Origin: Sulfurimonas sp.
GTDB taxonomy: Bacteria > Campylobacterota > Campylobacteria > Campylobacterales > Sulfurimonadaceae
Direction: 5' to 3'
NCBI RefSeq assembly: GCF_018698455.1
Contig: NZ_JABIOQ010000006.1
Span: 41,514-105,513, forward strand
Length of the DNA stretch: 64,000 nucleotides
The position numbers and the translations under genes were made by a program. Positions 18,181 through 27,936 of the stretch are shown piece after piece. The notes beneath the pieces were generated by a model. It saw only the letters and a program-made list of their open reading frames with translations. It had not been told where the DNA came from and made no database searches. The number at the start of each line of letters is the position of its first letter. Within the stretch, counting starts at the first letter, position 1.

Positions 18181-20319
18181 TTAAGTAGATTTTATAAACT
18201 TGACAATCTTCTCGAACACACTTTTGTTCACCTTTTCATCAAGTGTAATAACATGTTTAGAACTTTTAACTATAAATTTTTCTTTCTTTTTTGAAGCTAT
18301 CTTATCGTAGATAATATCTGCACTTTTTGGATTAACAACAGGGTCATTATCTGCTTGGATTATTAATGTAGGCTCCGTAATAAGGGAGAGTTTATTATTT
18401 ACAATATCTACTAACGATTTAAGTTCCCCTAGAGATGTAAGGTAATGCATTTTGTAATTGATTTCAGGATGTTCCGCTTCACTCTCATAAGTATCCATAT
18501 CGGCGTTAAATAAAGATAAAAAGTTGTTTAAAATATTGATAGTTGGTACTATATATTTCACTCTAATATCTTGAAGAGATATGGCTGAATTTATACAAAT
18601 AACTCCATCTATATTATCTTTAACATTAGTTGCTTTTAGCATAGCTATTAAACCACCTGTAGAAAAACCACAAAGATATATTTTTTCACTCACTGCAGCT
18701 ATTGCAGAGTAGCCAACATCAAATGAATCGTACCAATCTTGATGAGTTCTATCTCTTAAGTCCTCAGGCATTGTGCCATGCCCTTTAAGCCTAATTGCAT
18801 ACACATTAACACCATTATCAAAAAGGTATTTTGCCAATGGTTCTATCTCCCGTGGTGCTGATTTGTATCCATGGGAAATCACACAAGAGGTAGAATTATT
18901 TTCATCATACAAAATAAAAGGTGAACCTATCTCTTTCTCTTTTGTAGAGAAGACAGAATAAAATTTGTTGTAGTCATGTTTAAACTCTTTTAAATCTCGT
19001 CTATAAATCACATAAAACACATCTCTATATACAGCTTTAGAATCCCTATTCATCACTGTTTTTATAATGTTATGAAGCTCATGTAAGATTACTGTTTCAT
19101 TTACTAGTACACGGAGAGTATTTTTCAGTCTAATGGTATAAAAACTATGTTCATTTTTGTAGTTTTCTACATTAACAGTATATATATCATCTTTAACTAG
19201 TTTTAAAATATTTTGTTCTAAAGATAAAGTAAATACATCATCAAATAATTCATAAGTCTCATCATTCATCAGTTTATATAAAGAGGCTGTTAATGCATCA
19301 TCTAAACGATAAGTTCCTAAACTTTTCAACTCTCTAGATATTAAATATATTCTAGCTTTTAACTCCTTGAGAATAAATTCTTTATTTTCGAAGTACTCCA
19401 AACAAAGAGCATAAACATGATCAAAACTAATCAAAATATTTTTATATACCTCATTCATCATTAAATTAGTGAGGGGGATTCTAGCATATTCTAGTACTGC
19501 AGTATTATCAAAATCTTTGTTTTGCCTCTGTAGCTCTTTTTTTGTATTTAATAAATAATCCTTTACATCTATAGGCTTGGAGAAATGTATATGCAGTTGT
19601 GAATTTAAGAGTAGATTACTTTCTATCTCAATTTCCTCTTTCGTTTGCTCACTATCACTTTTCACATATTTATGTACATAGTCTGAAATAGAATTTTCAC
19701 CACCTCTAATTGGAGTATAAGATATATTCAGAGGTATAATTTGTGTGTTGTGATAAGATATCTCCTCAGTACCTTCAATATAGTAAAGTTCATTCATTTC
19801 TCTTATTACTTGGGCATCACAGTTGTTTTTTGCTTGTATATATTTTGTTTTTTCTATTTCACTTTGAAGGGCAATGACAGCAGAACCTGTAAACAAAGGA
19901 TAAAGACCTTCTGCACTTTCAACCATAAATGTATCTTCACTTAGCAGAACTTTTTTACTCTTTATCATAAAACCTTCTGGATAGATTATCCAGTTATAAC
20001 GCCCTGTAATCAAATCACCTAGTATTTTTTCATTTCTTTTCTCATCATTTGTAGAGACAGTACCAACGGCAGATAGATACTCACCAAGCACACCAGTAAA
20101 TATAGACGAGTCAGCAAGTGACCTAGCTTTAAATCCTAGTTTTTTATATAGCACATATGGTATTAGAAAGGTTTCAATCCTTGTAAAATGATTTGCAACA
20201 AATAGTGTAGGGAAGTTCTCATCGAGATTCTCTTCTCCAGAAAATGTTATATGATTTGACATGGTCTTTTCTAAAAGAGAAAACACATATTGAGATACAT
20301 CGTACAATTGATCTTGCAT
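18181..20319 (-). CDS. fusion protein: N-terminal PlsC/LPLAT-type acyltransferase, helical middle region, C-terminal alpha/beta hydrolase (lysophospholipase/esterase-like)
   Basis: Acyltransferase block I variant NHFTRIE (HX4D-like, with E) and block III IIYPEGF. C-terminal VISHGYKSAP, GFSTGG nucleophile elbow, NDPVV and a late His. Starts 9 nt after the fadE stop. Confidence 0.6.
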   Translation of the reverse strand: MQDQLYDVSQYVFSLLEKTMSNHITFSGEENLDENFPTLFVANHFTRIETFLIPYVLYKKLGFKARSLADSSIFTGVLGEYLSAVGTVSTNDEKRNEKILGDLITGRYNWIIYPEGFMIKSKKVLLSEDTFMVESAEGLYPLFTGSAVIALQSEIEKTKYIQAKNNCDAQVIREMNELYYIEGTEEISYHNTQIIPLNISYTPIRGGENSISDYVHKYVKSDSEQTKEEIEIESNLLLNSQLHIHFSKPIDVKDYLLNTKKELQRQNKDFDNTAVLEYARIPLTNLMMNEVYKNILISFDHVYALCLEYFENKEFILKELKARIYLISRELKSLGTYRLDDALTASLYKLMNDETYELFDDVFTLSLEQNILKLVKDDIYTVNVENYKNEHSFYTIRLKNTLRVLVNETVILHELHNIIKTVMNRDSKAVYRDVFYVIYRRDLKEFKHDYNKFYSVFSTKEKEIGSPFILYDENNSTSCVISHGYKSAPREIEPLAKYLFDNGVNVYAIRLKGHGTMPEDLRDRTHQDWYDSFDVGYSAIAAVSEKIYLCGFSTGGLIAMLKATNVKDNIDGVICINSAISLQDIRVKYIVPTINILNNFLSLFNADMDTYESEAEHPEINYKMHYLTSLGELKSLVDIVNNKLSLITEPTLIIQADNDPVVNPKSADIIYDKIASKKKEKFIVKSSKHVITLDEKVNKSVFEKIVKFIKST

Positions 20320-20328
20320 AATTAAGCC

Positions 20329-22593
20329 TTAGATTTCTCTTTTTAAGTACTGCTCATCATCAAAGCCATCAACTTGAACCACCTCTTCCTTGAGCTGCTG
20401 GGCTAATGTTAAAGTTGAGCTTTCATCTTCCGTGATAACACCTAGTTTTGTTGCCTCATCTATAAGTGAAGTTACACTTGTTTTAGGAAGTTTTTTAGCT
20501 CTTATAGCTGCTTTTATTTTGTGTATAGTTGGAATAGATTTTTCATGAAGCTTAAATGCCTCTTGAAGTTTATTGTATACATTGCTATGATAAATTCCCT
20601 CAACCAACCTTCCTCTTAACTCACTGTTTGTACTGATTGATAGTGCTAGTTTATGAGATAGTTTATCACTTACATCACGGCTTAGTGAATTAACCGACAT
20701 GTACCATTTAAAAGGTTTAAATAGAACCTTCATAATACCACCGGTAAATAGATTAGCTGCTATCTCATTAAAAGCATTTTGAATTATGCGCAGTTGTTCA
20801 TCACCTATATATTTTACAAAATCATCATCTTTATTTCCATCTTCTTTATATCTACGAAGTGTCGCAGAGAGAAGATACATAGCTGATAAAATATCTCCAA
20901 ACCTTGCTGTAATTTTCTCTTTTTGTTTTAAACCGCCACCATAGTAAGCCATGATAAAGTCAGTTAAAAAAGCAAAAGTTACACTTGCCCATGCTATTTT
21001 TCTTTCATAATATGAAGCTGCACCTTTAGATACTGTAAAATATGCATACCCACGAGTAAGAGAATAAAGTACCATTTTAAACATGTTTTTGAATGTAAAC
21101 ACGACATGTGCAAAAAATGCTTTATCAAATGCCTTAACATCTTCCTCTTCTAATGCTGTAATTTCATTATAAGCATGAGGATGACAGCGAATCACACCTT
21201 GACCAAATATTATAAGGGTACGAGTCATAATATTTGCACCCTCTACGGTAATTGCAATTGGAGCGCCCATATAAGCATTACCTAGTAAGTTCTTTTTACC
21301 TAAAGATATACCGGCTCCACCGATAATATCCATACCATCATTTATGGCTTTTCTAAATATCTCTGTTGAGTGATACTTCATAATAGCATTGATTACAGCT
21401 GGTTTTTTTCCAGAATCGATGGCACCCAATGTAAAAATTCTAGCAGCATCAAGCATATAAGTATTTGCTGCTAAACGAGCAAGTACCTCTTCAACTCCTT
21501 CAAATTTCGATATAGATAAACCAAACTGTTCACGGACTGTTGAGTAAGAACCAGCGACAGCAGTTGCTAGTTTTGTCCCTCCAGTACTCGTTGAAGGTAA
21601 AGAGATACCACGGCCAACTGAGAGGGATTCCATAAGCATTAACCAGCCTTTAGATACTCCATCAACTCCACCTATTACATTAGATAATGGTATGATTACA
21701 TCAACTCCGCTAAGTGGAGAATTCACAAAAGGAACACCAAGCGGATCGTGGCGTTTTCCTTGAACTACACCAGGTAGTTTTGAATCTACAAGGGCACAAG
21801 TGATACCTAAATCTTTTCCACGACCAAGTAACTCATCTTCATCACTTAGAGTAAATGCTAGTCCTATAACTGTAGCTATAGATCCAAGTGTGATATAGCG
21901 TTTGTTGAAGTTTAGTCGTATAAATATCTCACCATCTTTAAGAAATACTTCACCACGTGAGCTAATTGAAGTTGCATCACTTCCAGCTAATGGTTCAGTT
22001 AGTGCAAAACATGGAATTTCTCGTCCATCTGCAAGACGAGGAAGATAATGTTTCTTTTGCTCATCTGTACCGTAATGTAAGATGAGTTCAGCAGGCCCAA
22101 GAGAGTTTGGAACCATAGCAGTAATCGCTAAAACTTGAGAATGTGAAGCTAGCTTTTGTACTACAGCAGAGTGTGCAAGTGCTGAAAATCCAAGACCGCC
22201 ATACTCTTTTGGAATAATCATACCAAAAAATCTTTTGTCTTTTAAGTATTGCCAAGTTTCTTTATCTAGGTCACGCTTAGAGAATACTTCAAAGTCGATA
22301 GTCATACTACACAACTCATCAACAGTAGTATTTAAAAACTTGTCTTCTTCCTCTGTAAGCTGAGGATATGGTTCTGATAGTATCTTTTTAAAGTTAGGAG
22401 TACCAGAAAAAAAGTCACCATCTATCCAAATATCACCAGCTCTAAGAGCAATTTTTTCAGTCTCAGATATACTCGGCATTAGTTTTAGTTTAGCTACTAA
22501 TAAAACGAGTGGTCCAGAAATCAGTCCCCGTCTAATTGGAGGAACAAAAAGCATCAATCCGAATGTAATAAGTATATAAGTTAAAATTTCCAT
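20329..22593 (-). CDS. fadE: large FadE-type acyl-CoA dehydrogenase with an N-terminal membrane segment
   Basis: 754 aa. N-terminal hydrophobic helix, ACAD core (FALTEPLAGSDA, GKRHDPLG) and a long C-terminal extension, as in E. coli FadE. Confidence 0.8.
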   Translation of the reverse strand: MEILTYILITFGLMLFVPPIRRGLISGPLVLLVAKLKLMPSISETEKIALRAGDIWIDGDFFSGTPNFKKILSEPYPQLTEEEDKFLNTTVDELCSMTIDFEVFSKRDLDKETWQYLKDKRFFGMIIPKEYGGLGFSALAHSAVVQKLASHSQVLAITAMVPNSLGPAELILHYGTDEQKKHYLPRLADGREIPCFALTEPLAGSDATSISSRGEVFLKDGEIFIRLNFNKRYITLGSIATVIGLAFTLSDEDELLGRGKDLGITCALVDSKLPGVVQGKRHDPLGVPFVNSPLSGVDVIIPLSNVIGGVDGVSKGWLMLMESLSVGRGISLPSTSTGGTKLATAVAGSYSTVREQFGLSISKFEGVEEVLARLAANTYMLDAARIFTLGAIDSGKKPAVINAIMKYHSTEIFRKAINDGMDIIGGAGISLGKKNLLGNAYMGAPIAITVEGANIMTRTLIIFGQGVIRCHPHAYNEITALEEEDVKAFDKAFFAHVVFTFKNMFKMVLYSLTRGYAYFTVSKGAASYYERKIAWASVTFAFLTDFIMAYYGGGLKQKEKITARFGDILSAMYLLSATLRRYKEDGNKDDDFVKYIGDEQLRIIQNAFNEIAANLFTGGIMKVLFKPFKWYMSVNSLSRDVSDKLSHKLALSISTNSELRGRLVEGIYHSNVYNKLQEAFKLHEKSIPTIHKIKAAIRAKKLPKTSVTSLIDEATKLGVITEDESSTLTLAQQLKEEVVQVDGFDDEQYLKREI

Positions 22594-22596
22594 AAT

Positions 22597-24705
22597 TTAT
22601 CCTTTGTAAAAATATTCTTTTTTTTCAGCCATTGTACAAATAAGCTGTGCTGGTGCAAATCTTGAACCATACTTTTCCTCTAAATGAAGTAAAGTAAGGT
22701 GTACTTTTTCAATACCAATAGAGTCTGCATATTTGAGAAGTCCTCCACGAAATGGTGGAAAACCAGTGCCCATAATCATGGCCATATCTAAACTAGAAGC
22801 ATCTTTTATAATACCTTCTTCTAAACATCTAGCTGCTTCATTAACCATCATTAAAATAGCTCTATCGACTATTTCTGCCTTTATAAATGTTTTATTATGA
22901 AACTGGAAGGTTTTTAACTCTGGATTCACACTTTGATTCTTTCCTTCATGTATATAAAAGCCTCTTTTATTCTTTTTACCAAGTAGTTTTATATCTAACA
23001 TTTTTTGCAGTATTGGTGCTACAGTCATTCTCTCTCCATAAGCATCTTCTAACACTTTAGAGACTTTATAACCAACATCAAGTCCCACTTCATCTGCTAA
23101 AGTAAAAGGACCCATGGGCATACCGAAGTCTTCTATATTTTTATCTATATTTTCAATGCTACCACCTTCTTCATATAGTCTGGCACATTCGTTGATGTAA
23201 GGTAACAGTATACGATTTACCAAAAATCCGGCACAGTCTCCAACAACTATTGCAGTTTTTCCAGCATCACGAGCTAGTTTTACAACCGTGGCTATTGTCT
23301 CATCTGAAGTTTTTTCTCCAGCTATTACTTCTACAAGTGGCATTCTTGGTACTGGGTTAAAAAAGTGCATACCAATAAAACGTTCAGGGTTTTTCATTCC
23401 CTCTGCTAACATACTAATAGATAAGGATGATGTGTTCGAAGCAATAATACAATTGTCACGAACTACTTCTTCTAAGTCATTATACACAGCTTGTTTCGTC
23501 TCTCTACTCTCTACTACAGCTTCCAGCACAATGTCTATATTTTTAAAACCATTGTAGTCCGTTGTATATGAGATATGACCCATTTTGAGTTCAACCTGCT
23601 TTGGTGTTAATCTTTTTCTTTTTATCACTGATTTGTATGCTGCAGATATTGGTTTAAAAGATGCAGCGATAGAATCATATGTTCTTGCTTTTAATCGTAC
23701 TGCTTTATTAATATTGCTAAAAAGCCATACAATACCACCACCCATAATCCCTGAACCTACAACTGAAAGAGAATGAATAGGAAGGGCATTTATATCCTTA
23801 CTTACAAAAGAATCATGCTTTAGTTGTTCCGACGCATAAAATAATGAAATAAGATTTTTAGATACATCTGTAACACAAAGTCTAGCAAAGGCATATGCTT
23901 CTAGCGAAAGTGCTTCATTAACCGGTAACTTGTCTGTCTCACGAAATAGTTTTATGACCTCAAGTGCTGCTGGATACTTACCCTTAGTTTTTTTCATAAC
24001 TGTTTTTTGTGCAATACTGTAAATTATTGATGGAGCAAACCTCTCTATTAGATTAGACTTGTAGCGGCGAGCATCTATCTTCTCTTTCTCCGATGGATTC
24101 ATAATAGACTTTATAAGGCTTTGTAGTTTAAAATCTAGGTAGCCGACTGGTACGCAAGAATCAACCATCTTGAGTTTTTGAGCTTTTTGACCATTGATAA
24201 GCTTTGAACCTAAAATAAGCTCGAGGGATTTTTGCTTGCCTATAAGATTTTTTAAACTTTGAGTACCACCAAAACCAGGGAGTACACCTAAATTTACTTC
24301 TGGTAATCCTATTTTTGTACTAGGGTTCTCTGTTGTAATCCTGTAGTCACATTTGAGTGCTAACTCAAAACCACCACCAAGACATGCCCCATCAATAACT
24401 GCAATAGTATGAAAGGGTAAGATACGAATTTTTGAAAGGATGGTTTGTCCTTTTCTAACAACTTCATAAGCTACTTGCTCATCACTGAGAGCTTTAATTT
24501 CTGATATATCTGCACCAGCTATAAAAATATCTTTCTTAGCTGATTTAAAAAGAAGTACATCAATATCTTTAGAATTTTTTAGTTCATCTAAAATAGTTTC
24601 AAGTTCTCTCATCACACTTATTGATAAGATGTTAACATTGGAATCCGGCATATCAAACATTAAAGTCGCAATTTTATTTTCGACTTGTAAGTTAAAAGCA
24701 TTCAT
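22597..24705 (-). CDS. fadB: fatty-acid oxidation complex alpha subunit (enoyl-CoA hydratase / 3-hydroxyacyl-CoA dehydrogenase)
   Basis: Crotonase motif IFIAGADISE and NAD-binding fold VVGSGIMGGGI. I place the start at MNAFNLQVEN (ATG 24705-24703), which overlaps the fadA stop as TAATG. The longer track ORF to 24753 is an upstream extension. Confidence 0.85.
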   Translation of the reverse strand: MNAFNLQVENKIATLMFDMPDSNVNILSISVMRELETILDELKNSKDIDVLLFKSAKKDIFIAGADISEIKALSDEQVAYEVVRKGQTILSKIRILPFHTIAVIDGACLGGGFELALKCDYRITTENPSTKIGLPEVNLGVLPGFGGTQSLKNLIGKQKSLELILGSKLINGQKAQKLKMVDSCVPVGYLDFKLQSLIKSIMNPSEKEKIDARRYKSNLIERFAPSIIYSIAQKTVMKKTKGKYPAALEVIKLFRETDKLPVNEALSLEAYAFARLCVTDVSKNLISLFYASEQLKHDSFVSKDINALPIHSLSVVGSGIMGGGIVWLFSNINKAVRLKARTYDSIAASFKPISAAYKSVIKRKRLTPKQVELKMGHISYTTDYNGFKNIDIVLEAVVESRETKQAVYNDLEEVVRDNCIIASNTSSLSISMLAEGMKNPERFIGMHFFNPVPRMPLVEVIAGEKTSDETIATVVKLARDAGKTAIVVGDCAGFLVNRILLPYINECARLYEEGGSIENIDKNIEDFGMPMGPFTLADEVGLDVGYKVSKVLEDAYGERMTVAPILQKMLDIKLLGKKNKRGFYIHEGKNQSVNPELKTFQFHNKTFIKAEIVDRAILMMVNEAARCLEEGIIKDASSLDMAMIMGTGFPPFRGGLLKYADSIGIEKVHLTLLHLEEKYGSRFAPAQLICTMAEKKEYFYKG

Positions 24706-25994
24706 TACTCTACCTCCAAAATCATAGATGCACCTTGTCCACCACCAATACATAGTGTGGCAAGGCCAATATTTTTATTTTGACGTCGTAACTCTTTGAG
24801 TGTGTGTATAACTAAACGTGTGCCTGTCATACCTACAGGGTGACCAAGTGCAATACCACCACCATTTATATTTAAAATATTAGTGTCAATAGAACCAAGA
24901 GCCGTCGTGCGGTTTAGGTGAGCACTTGCATACTTTTGTGATTCAAATACTGCAAGATTTGCTAAAACTTGTGAAGCAAATGCTTCATTTAATTCTATTA
25001 ATTCGAAATCACTCATTTGCATCTTAGTCATTTCTAGAATTTTCGCAGTTGAGTATGCAGGTCCTAATCCCATTCTAGTAGGATCAAGTCCAGCATAGGT
25101 ATACTCTCTTAAAAATCCAAGAGGTTTGAGTCCTAACTCTTTTGCTTTACTCTCACTCATAAGTACAACTGCAGCTGCAGCATCTGAGACCTGAGAGGAG
25201 TTCCCGGCAGTAACTGTTCCATTCTTCTTATCAAAGAATGGCTTTAATTTAGTCAGTGCCTGCATATTTTGTCCATAACGAATACCATCATCATCACACA
25301 TTATTAAACCTTTTACAGTGTCATAAACTATGGGTGCTATTTCATCCTCGAAAATCTTGTTTTTTTGTGAGGCTTCTGCTTTTTGGTGAGATAAAACAGA
25401 AAACTCATCTTGTTCTTTCCTGCTAATACCAAAATCCTGAGCTAATATTTCAGCAGTTGAACCCATCATAAGACCACTTAGAGGATCTGTCAAACCTTGC
25501 ATCAATCCTATAATAGGCTTTAGATGTGATGGAGTAAATGTAGAGAGAGTTTTTATCTTTTGTAGAGGTGTCCGTGACTTAAAAAGTGCCTCAAAAAGTG
25601 CAGACATTTTTTTGTTAAACATTAGAGGTATATTGCTCATACTTTCAACACCACCAGCCATATAGATTTCTCCACGACCTGCTAGTATTTTTTCAGCAGC
25701 ACTTGTAATACTTTCCATACCCGAAGCACAGTTCCTATGAACTGTATAAGCAGGTGTTGCTTCAGGAAAACCAGCTTTTAAAGAAATTACCCTTGCAATA
25801 TTTGCAGCATGTCCTGGTTGAGACACATTACCTATGATAATCTCGTCATACATATCTAAGTCCAAACCAACCCTCAATGCTAATTCATTTAAAATAAATG
25901 AACCAAGTGATTCGGCTTGAATATTCTTTAATTTTCCTCCGGCCTTAGCTACAGGGGTTCTAAGGCCATCTATTATTGCAATTCTTTCTTTCAT
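24705..25994 (-). CDS. fadA: acetyl-CoA C-acyltransferase (3-ketoacyl-CoA thiolase)
   Basis: Thiolase motifs NCASGMESI (active Cys), NINGGGIALGHPVGMTG and CIGGGQG. Overlaps fadD by 4 nt. Confidence 0.9.
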   Translation of the reverse strand: MKERIAIIDGLRTPVAKAGGKLKNIQAESLGSFILNELALRVGLDLDMYDEIIIGNVSQPGHAANIARVISLKAGFPEATPAYTVHRNCASGMESITSAAEKILAGRGEIYMAGGVESMSNIPLMFNKKMSALFEALFKSRTPLQKIKTLSTFTPSHLKPIIGLMQGLTDPLSGLMMGSTAEILAQDFGISRKEQDEFSVLSHQKAEASQKNKIFEDEIAPIVYDTVKGLIMCDDDGIRYGQNMQALTKLKPFFDKKNGTVTAGNSSQVSDAAAAVVLMSESKAKELGLKPLGFLREYTYAGLDPTRMGLGPAYSTAKILEMTKMQMSDFELIELNEAFASQVLANLAVFESQKYASAHLNRTTALGSIDTNILNINGGGIALGHPVGMTGTRLVIHTLKELRRQNKNIGLATLCIGGGQGASMILEVE

Positions 25995-27721
25995 GATTCT
26001 TCTCCATATAATGAATTTATTATGTATTCGTATTTTTTGTAAACCCCACCTCGAGACACCTTCATGGATGGAGTCAGCATAAGATTCTCGATACTTGGTT
26101 CATCTATACCTATATGATATTTCTTTACTTTTTCCTCATAATTCAGATGCTTATTGGCTCTTTTTATAACTTTAGCAATAAGGTCTTTAACCTTTTTAGT
26201 ATTATATAAATCTGATAAATCTGAATATTTTAGATTTTTACGCACTGCATAGTTTTTCATAACTACAGAATCTAAAAATATAATAGCACTAACAAAGGGT
26301 TTGTTATCTGCAACAATTACAGCATAATCAGACCATCTATTTTGTGTTAGTAACTCTTCAATATGTATTGCTGATATATATTTTCCTGTTGAAGTTTTAA
26401 ATAGCTCTTTCTTCCGACCATTTATAGTGATATAACCTTCATTATCCATAGATGCTAAGTCACCCGTATGAAACCACCCTTCCGCACTAAGCACATCTCT
26501 AGTTTTTTCTATATCTTTATGATAAGTTTTCATTACACAGTCACCACGAGTATATAACTCACCATCTTTTGCAATCATAACTTCTACATTATCAAAAGCT
26601 TTACCGCAAGTAAAAGGTTTTTTATTGTTTGGCGAGTTTGCACTTATTACGGGTGATGTCTCTGTTAGCCCATAACCTTGATAAATATTTAGGCCAATGT
26701 TAGTAAAGAATCTTTCTGTTTTAGTACTGAGAGGTGCTCCTCCACAAATTACAAAGCGCATATTTCCACCAAGAGCCTCTAAAAGTTTTGAATATACAAG
26801 TCTTTCAAATAATGGAGTAAATATAGTCCTAGTTTCAAGCTCTTTATTATCAGCCTCACTAAGGGCTAAAGATCCTAAAAACTTTTTTAAAGGACTATAA
26901 CTTTGGATCTTATCATGCATTTTAATAGACATCTTATCTAGTAAACGCGGAACAACTGTCATTATTGATGGTTTAACTTCTTTTATCAGGTTACCCACAT
27001 TATCAATATTATCAGCAAAATAAATACTGAGACCACTTGTTAAATAATGAGACATCACCATTCTCTCAAATATATGAGCTAAAGGTAAGAAGCTCAGTGC
27101 TTTATCTGTATTTAGCAATGGAAAATATTTTGATGTATTTCTAAGTTGTGTTAGTATGTTTTTATGAGATAGTTCAACTCCTTTTGGTGTACCCGTAGAG
27201 CCACTAGTATAAATGATTGTTGCCGTATCGTTTTCAAGTACGGATGTCATACTTTTTTTAGCCTCTTCATTTATAAAGTCAAAAAAATCAACACTGTTTA
27301 TATTGTTACAGTTTACATTATGTGTAATGACTAGTTTTAAAGAAGAAATATTATCTTTAATTTGATCATATTTATCTTGAGATGCAATGTATATATATTT
27401 TATATCTGCATTATTTAATTGATATATAAAATTTTCTTCTGCAATATTTGCAAAGATTGGTACAGATATAGCCCCCAAATCTTGGAGTGCATAATCTACC
27501 ATCAGCCAAAATGGCGATGAGTTTGACACTATTGCAACCGTTGTACCTTTCTTTACCCCCACTTTTGAAAATGCATGTGATAATTTATAAATATTTTCAA
27601 CAAATTTTTGAGAAGAGATACTTCTATATTTGCCATTTTCTATGTAGTTTAAAAAACTATCATTAAATATGCTTTTATTTAAGTATGATGGAATTTCTTT
27701 AAGTGTATTAAATTCAAACAT
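25991..27721 (-). CDS. fadD: long-chain fatty acid-CoA ligase
   Basis: AMP-binding signature IIYTSGSTGTPKGVELSH, then YGLTETS and GWFHTGD. 576 aa. First gene of the operon. Confidence 0.85.
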   Translation of the reverse strand: MFEFNTLKEIPSYLNKSIFNDSFLNYIENGKYRSISSQKFVENIYKLSHAFSKVGVKKGTTVAIVSNSSPFWLMVDYALQDLGAISVPIFANIAEENFIYQLNNADIKYIYIASQDKYDQIKDNISSLKLVITHNVNCNNINSVDFFDFINEEAKKSMTSVLENDTATIIYTSGSTGTPKGVELSHKNILTQLRNTSKYFPLLNTDKALSFLPLAHIFERMVMSHYLTSGLSIYFADNIDNVGNLIKEVKPSIMTVVPRLLDKMSIKMHDKIQSYSPLKKFLGSLALSEADNKELETRTIFTPLFERLVYSKLLEALGGNMRFVICGGAPLSTKTERFFTNIGLNIYQGYGLTETSPVISANSPNNKKPFTCGKAFDNVEVMIAKDGELYTRGDCVMKTYHKDIEKTRDVLSAEGWFHTGDLASMDNEGYITINGRKKELFKTSTGKYISAIHIEELLTQNRWSDYAVIVADNKPFVSAIIFLDSVVMKNYAVRKNLKYSDLSDLYNTKKVKDLIAKVIKRANKHLNYEEKVKKYHIGIDEPSIENLMLTPSMKVSRGGVYKKYEYIINSLYGEES

Positions 27722-27781
27722 AATTTTCCTCCATAATTATTATAATTATAATTAATTATAGTTAGATAATACTACTTTAAA

Positions 27782-27845
27782 TTTTATGTTATGCTTAAAA
27801 AATATTAAGCCATTTTTATGTTATGCTAAAAAAATATTAAGCCAT
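27782..27845. repeat. two tandem copies of a 32-bp unit in the fadD / OmpA-like divergent promoter region
   Basis: TTTTATGTTATGCT(T/A)AAAAAATATTAAGCCAT at 27782-27813 and 27814-27845, with 1 mismatch. Copy 1 contains the inverted repeat GCTTAA-n6-TTAAGC. Confidence 0.85.
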
Positions 27846-27936
27846 ATTGTAGAAAATCATTCAATTTTTTACTACCCTCCATAACCAATACTTTCTGGTA
27901 CCTTTATTGCTATATTTAAAATAAAAAAGTAGCTCA

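Noticed and set aside
24706-24753. N-terminal extensions of track ORFs: fadB to 24753, serS from 31997, ycaO from 48148, csp from 50720, selD from 52331, HAD to 52348, and the small ORF from 51002
   Set aside because: The extensions overlap the preceding gene or a terminator hairpin and lack an RBS. Internal Met codons give canonical family N-termini ([47 protein letters not shown]).
27782-27845. Possible CRISPR array or minisatellite
   Set aside because: There are only two directly abutting copies with no spacers, and no cas genes in the window. It is kept as a promoter-region tandem duplication instead.
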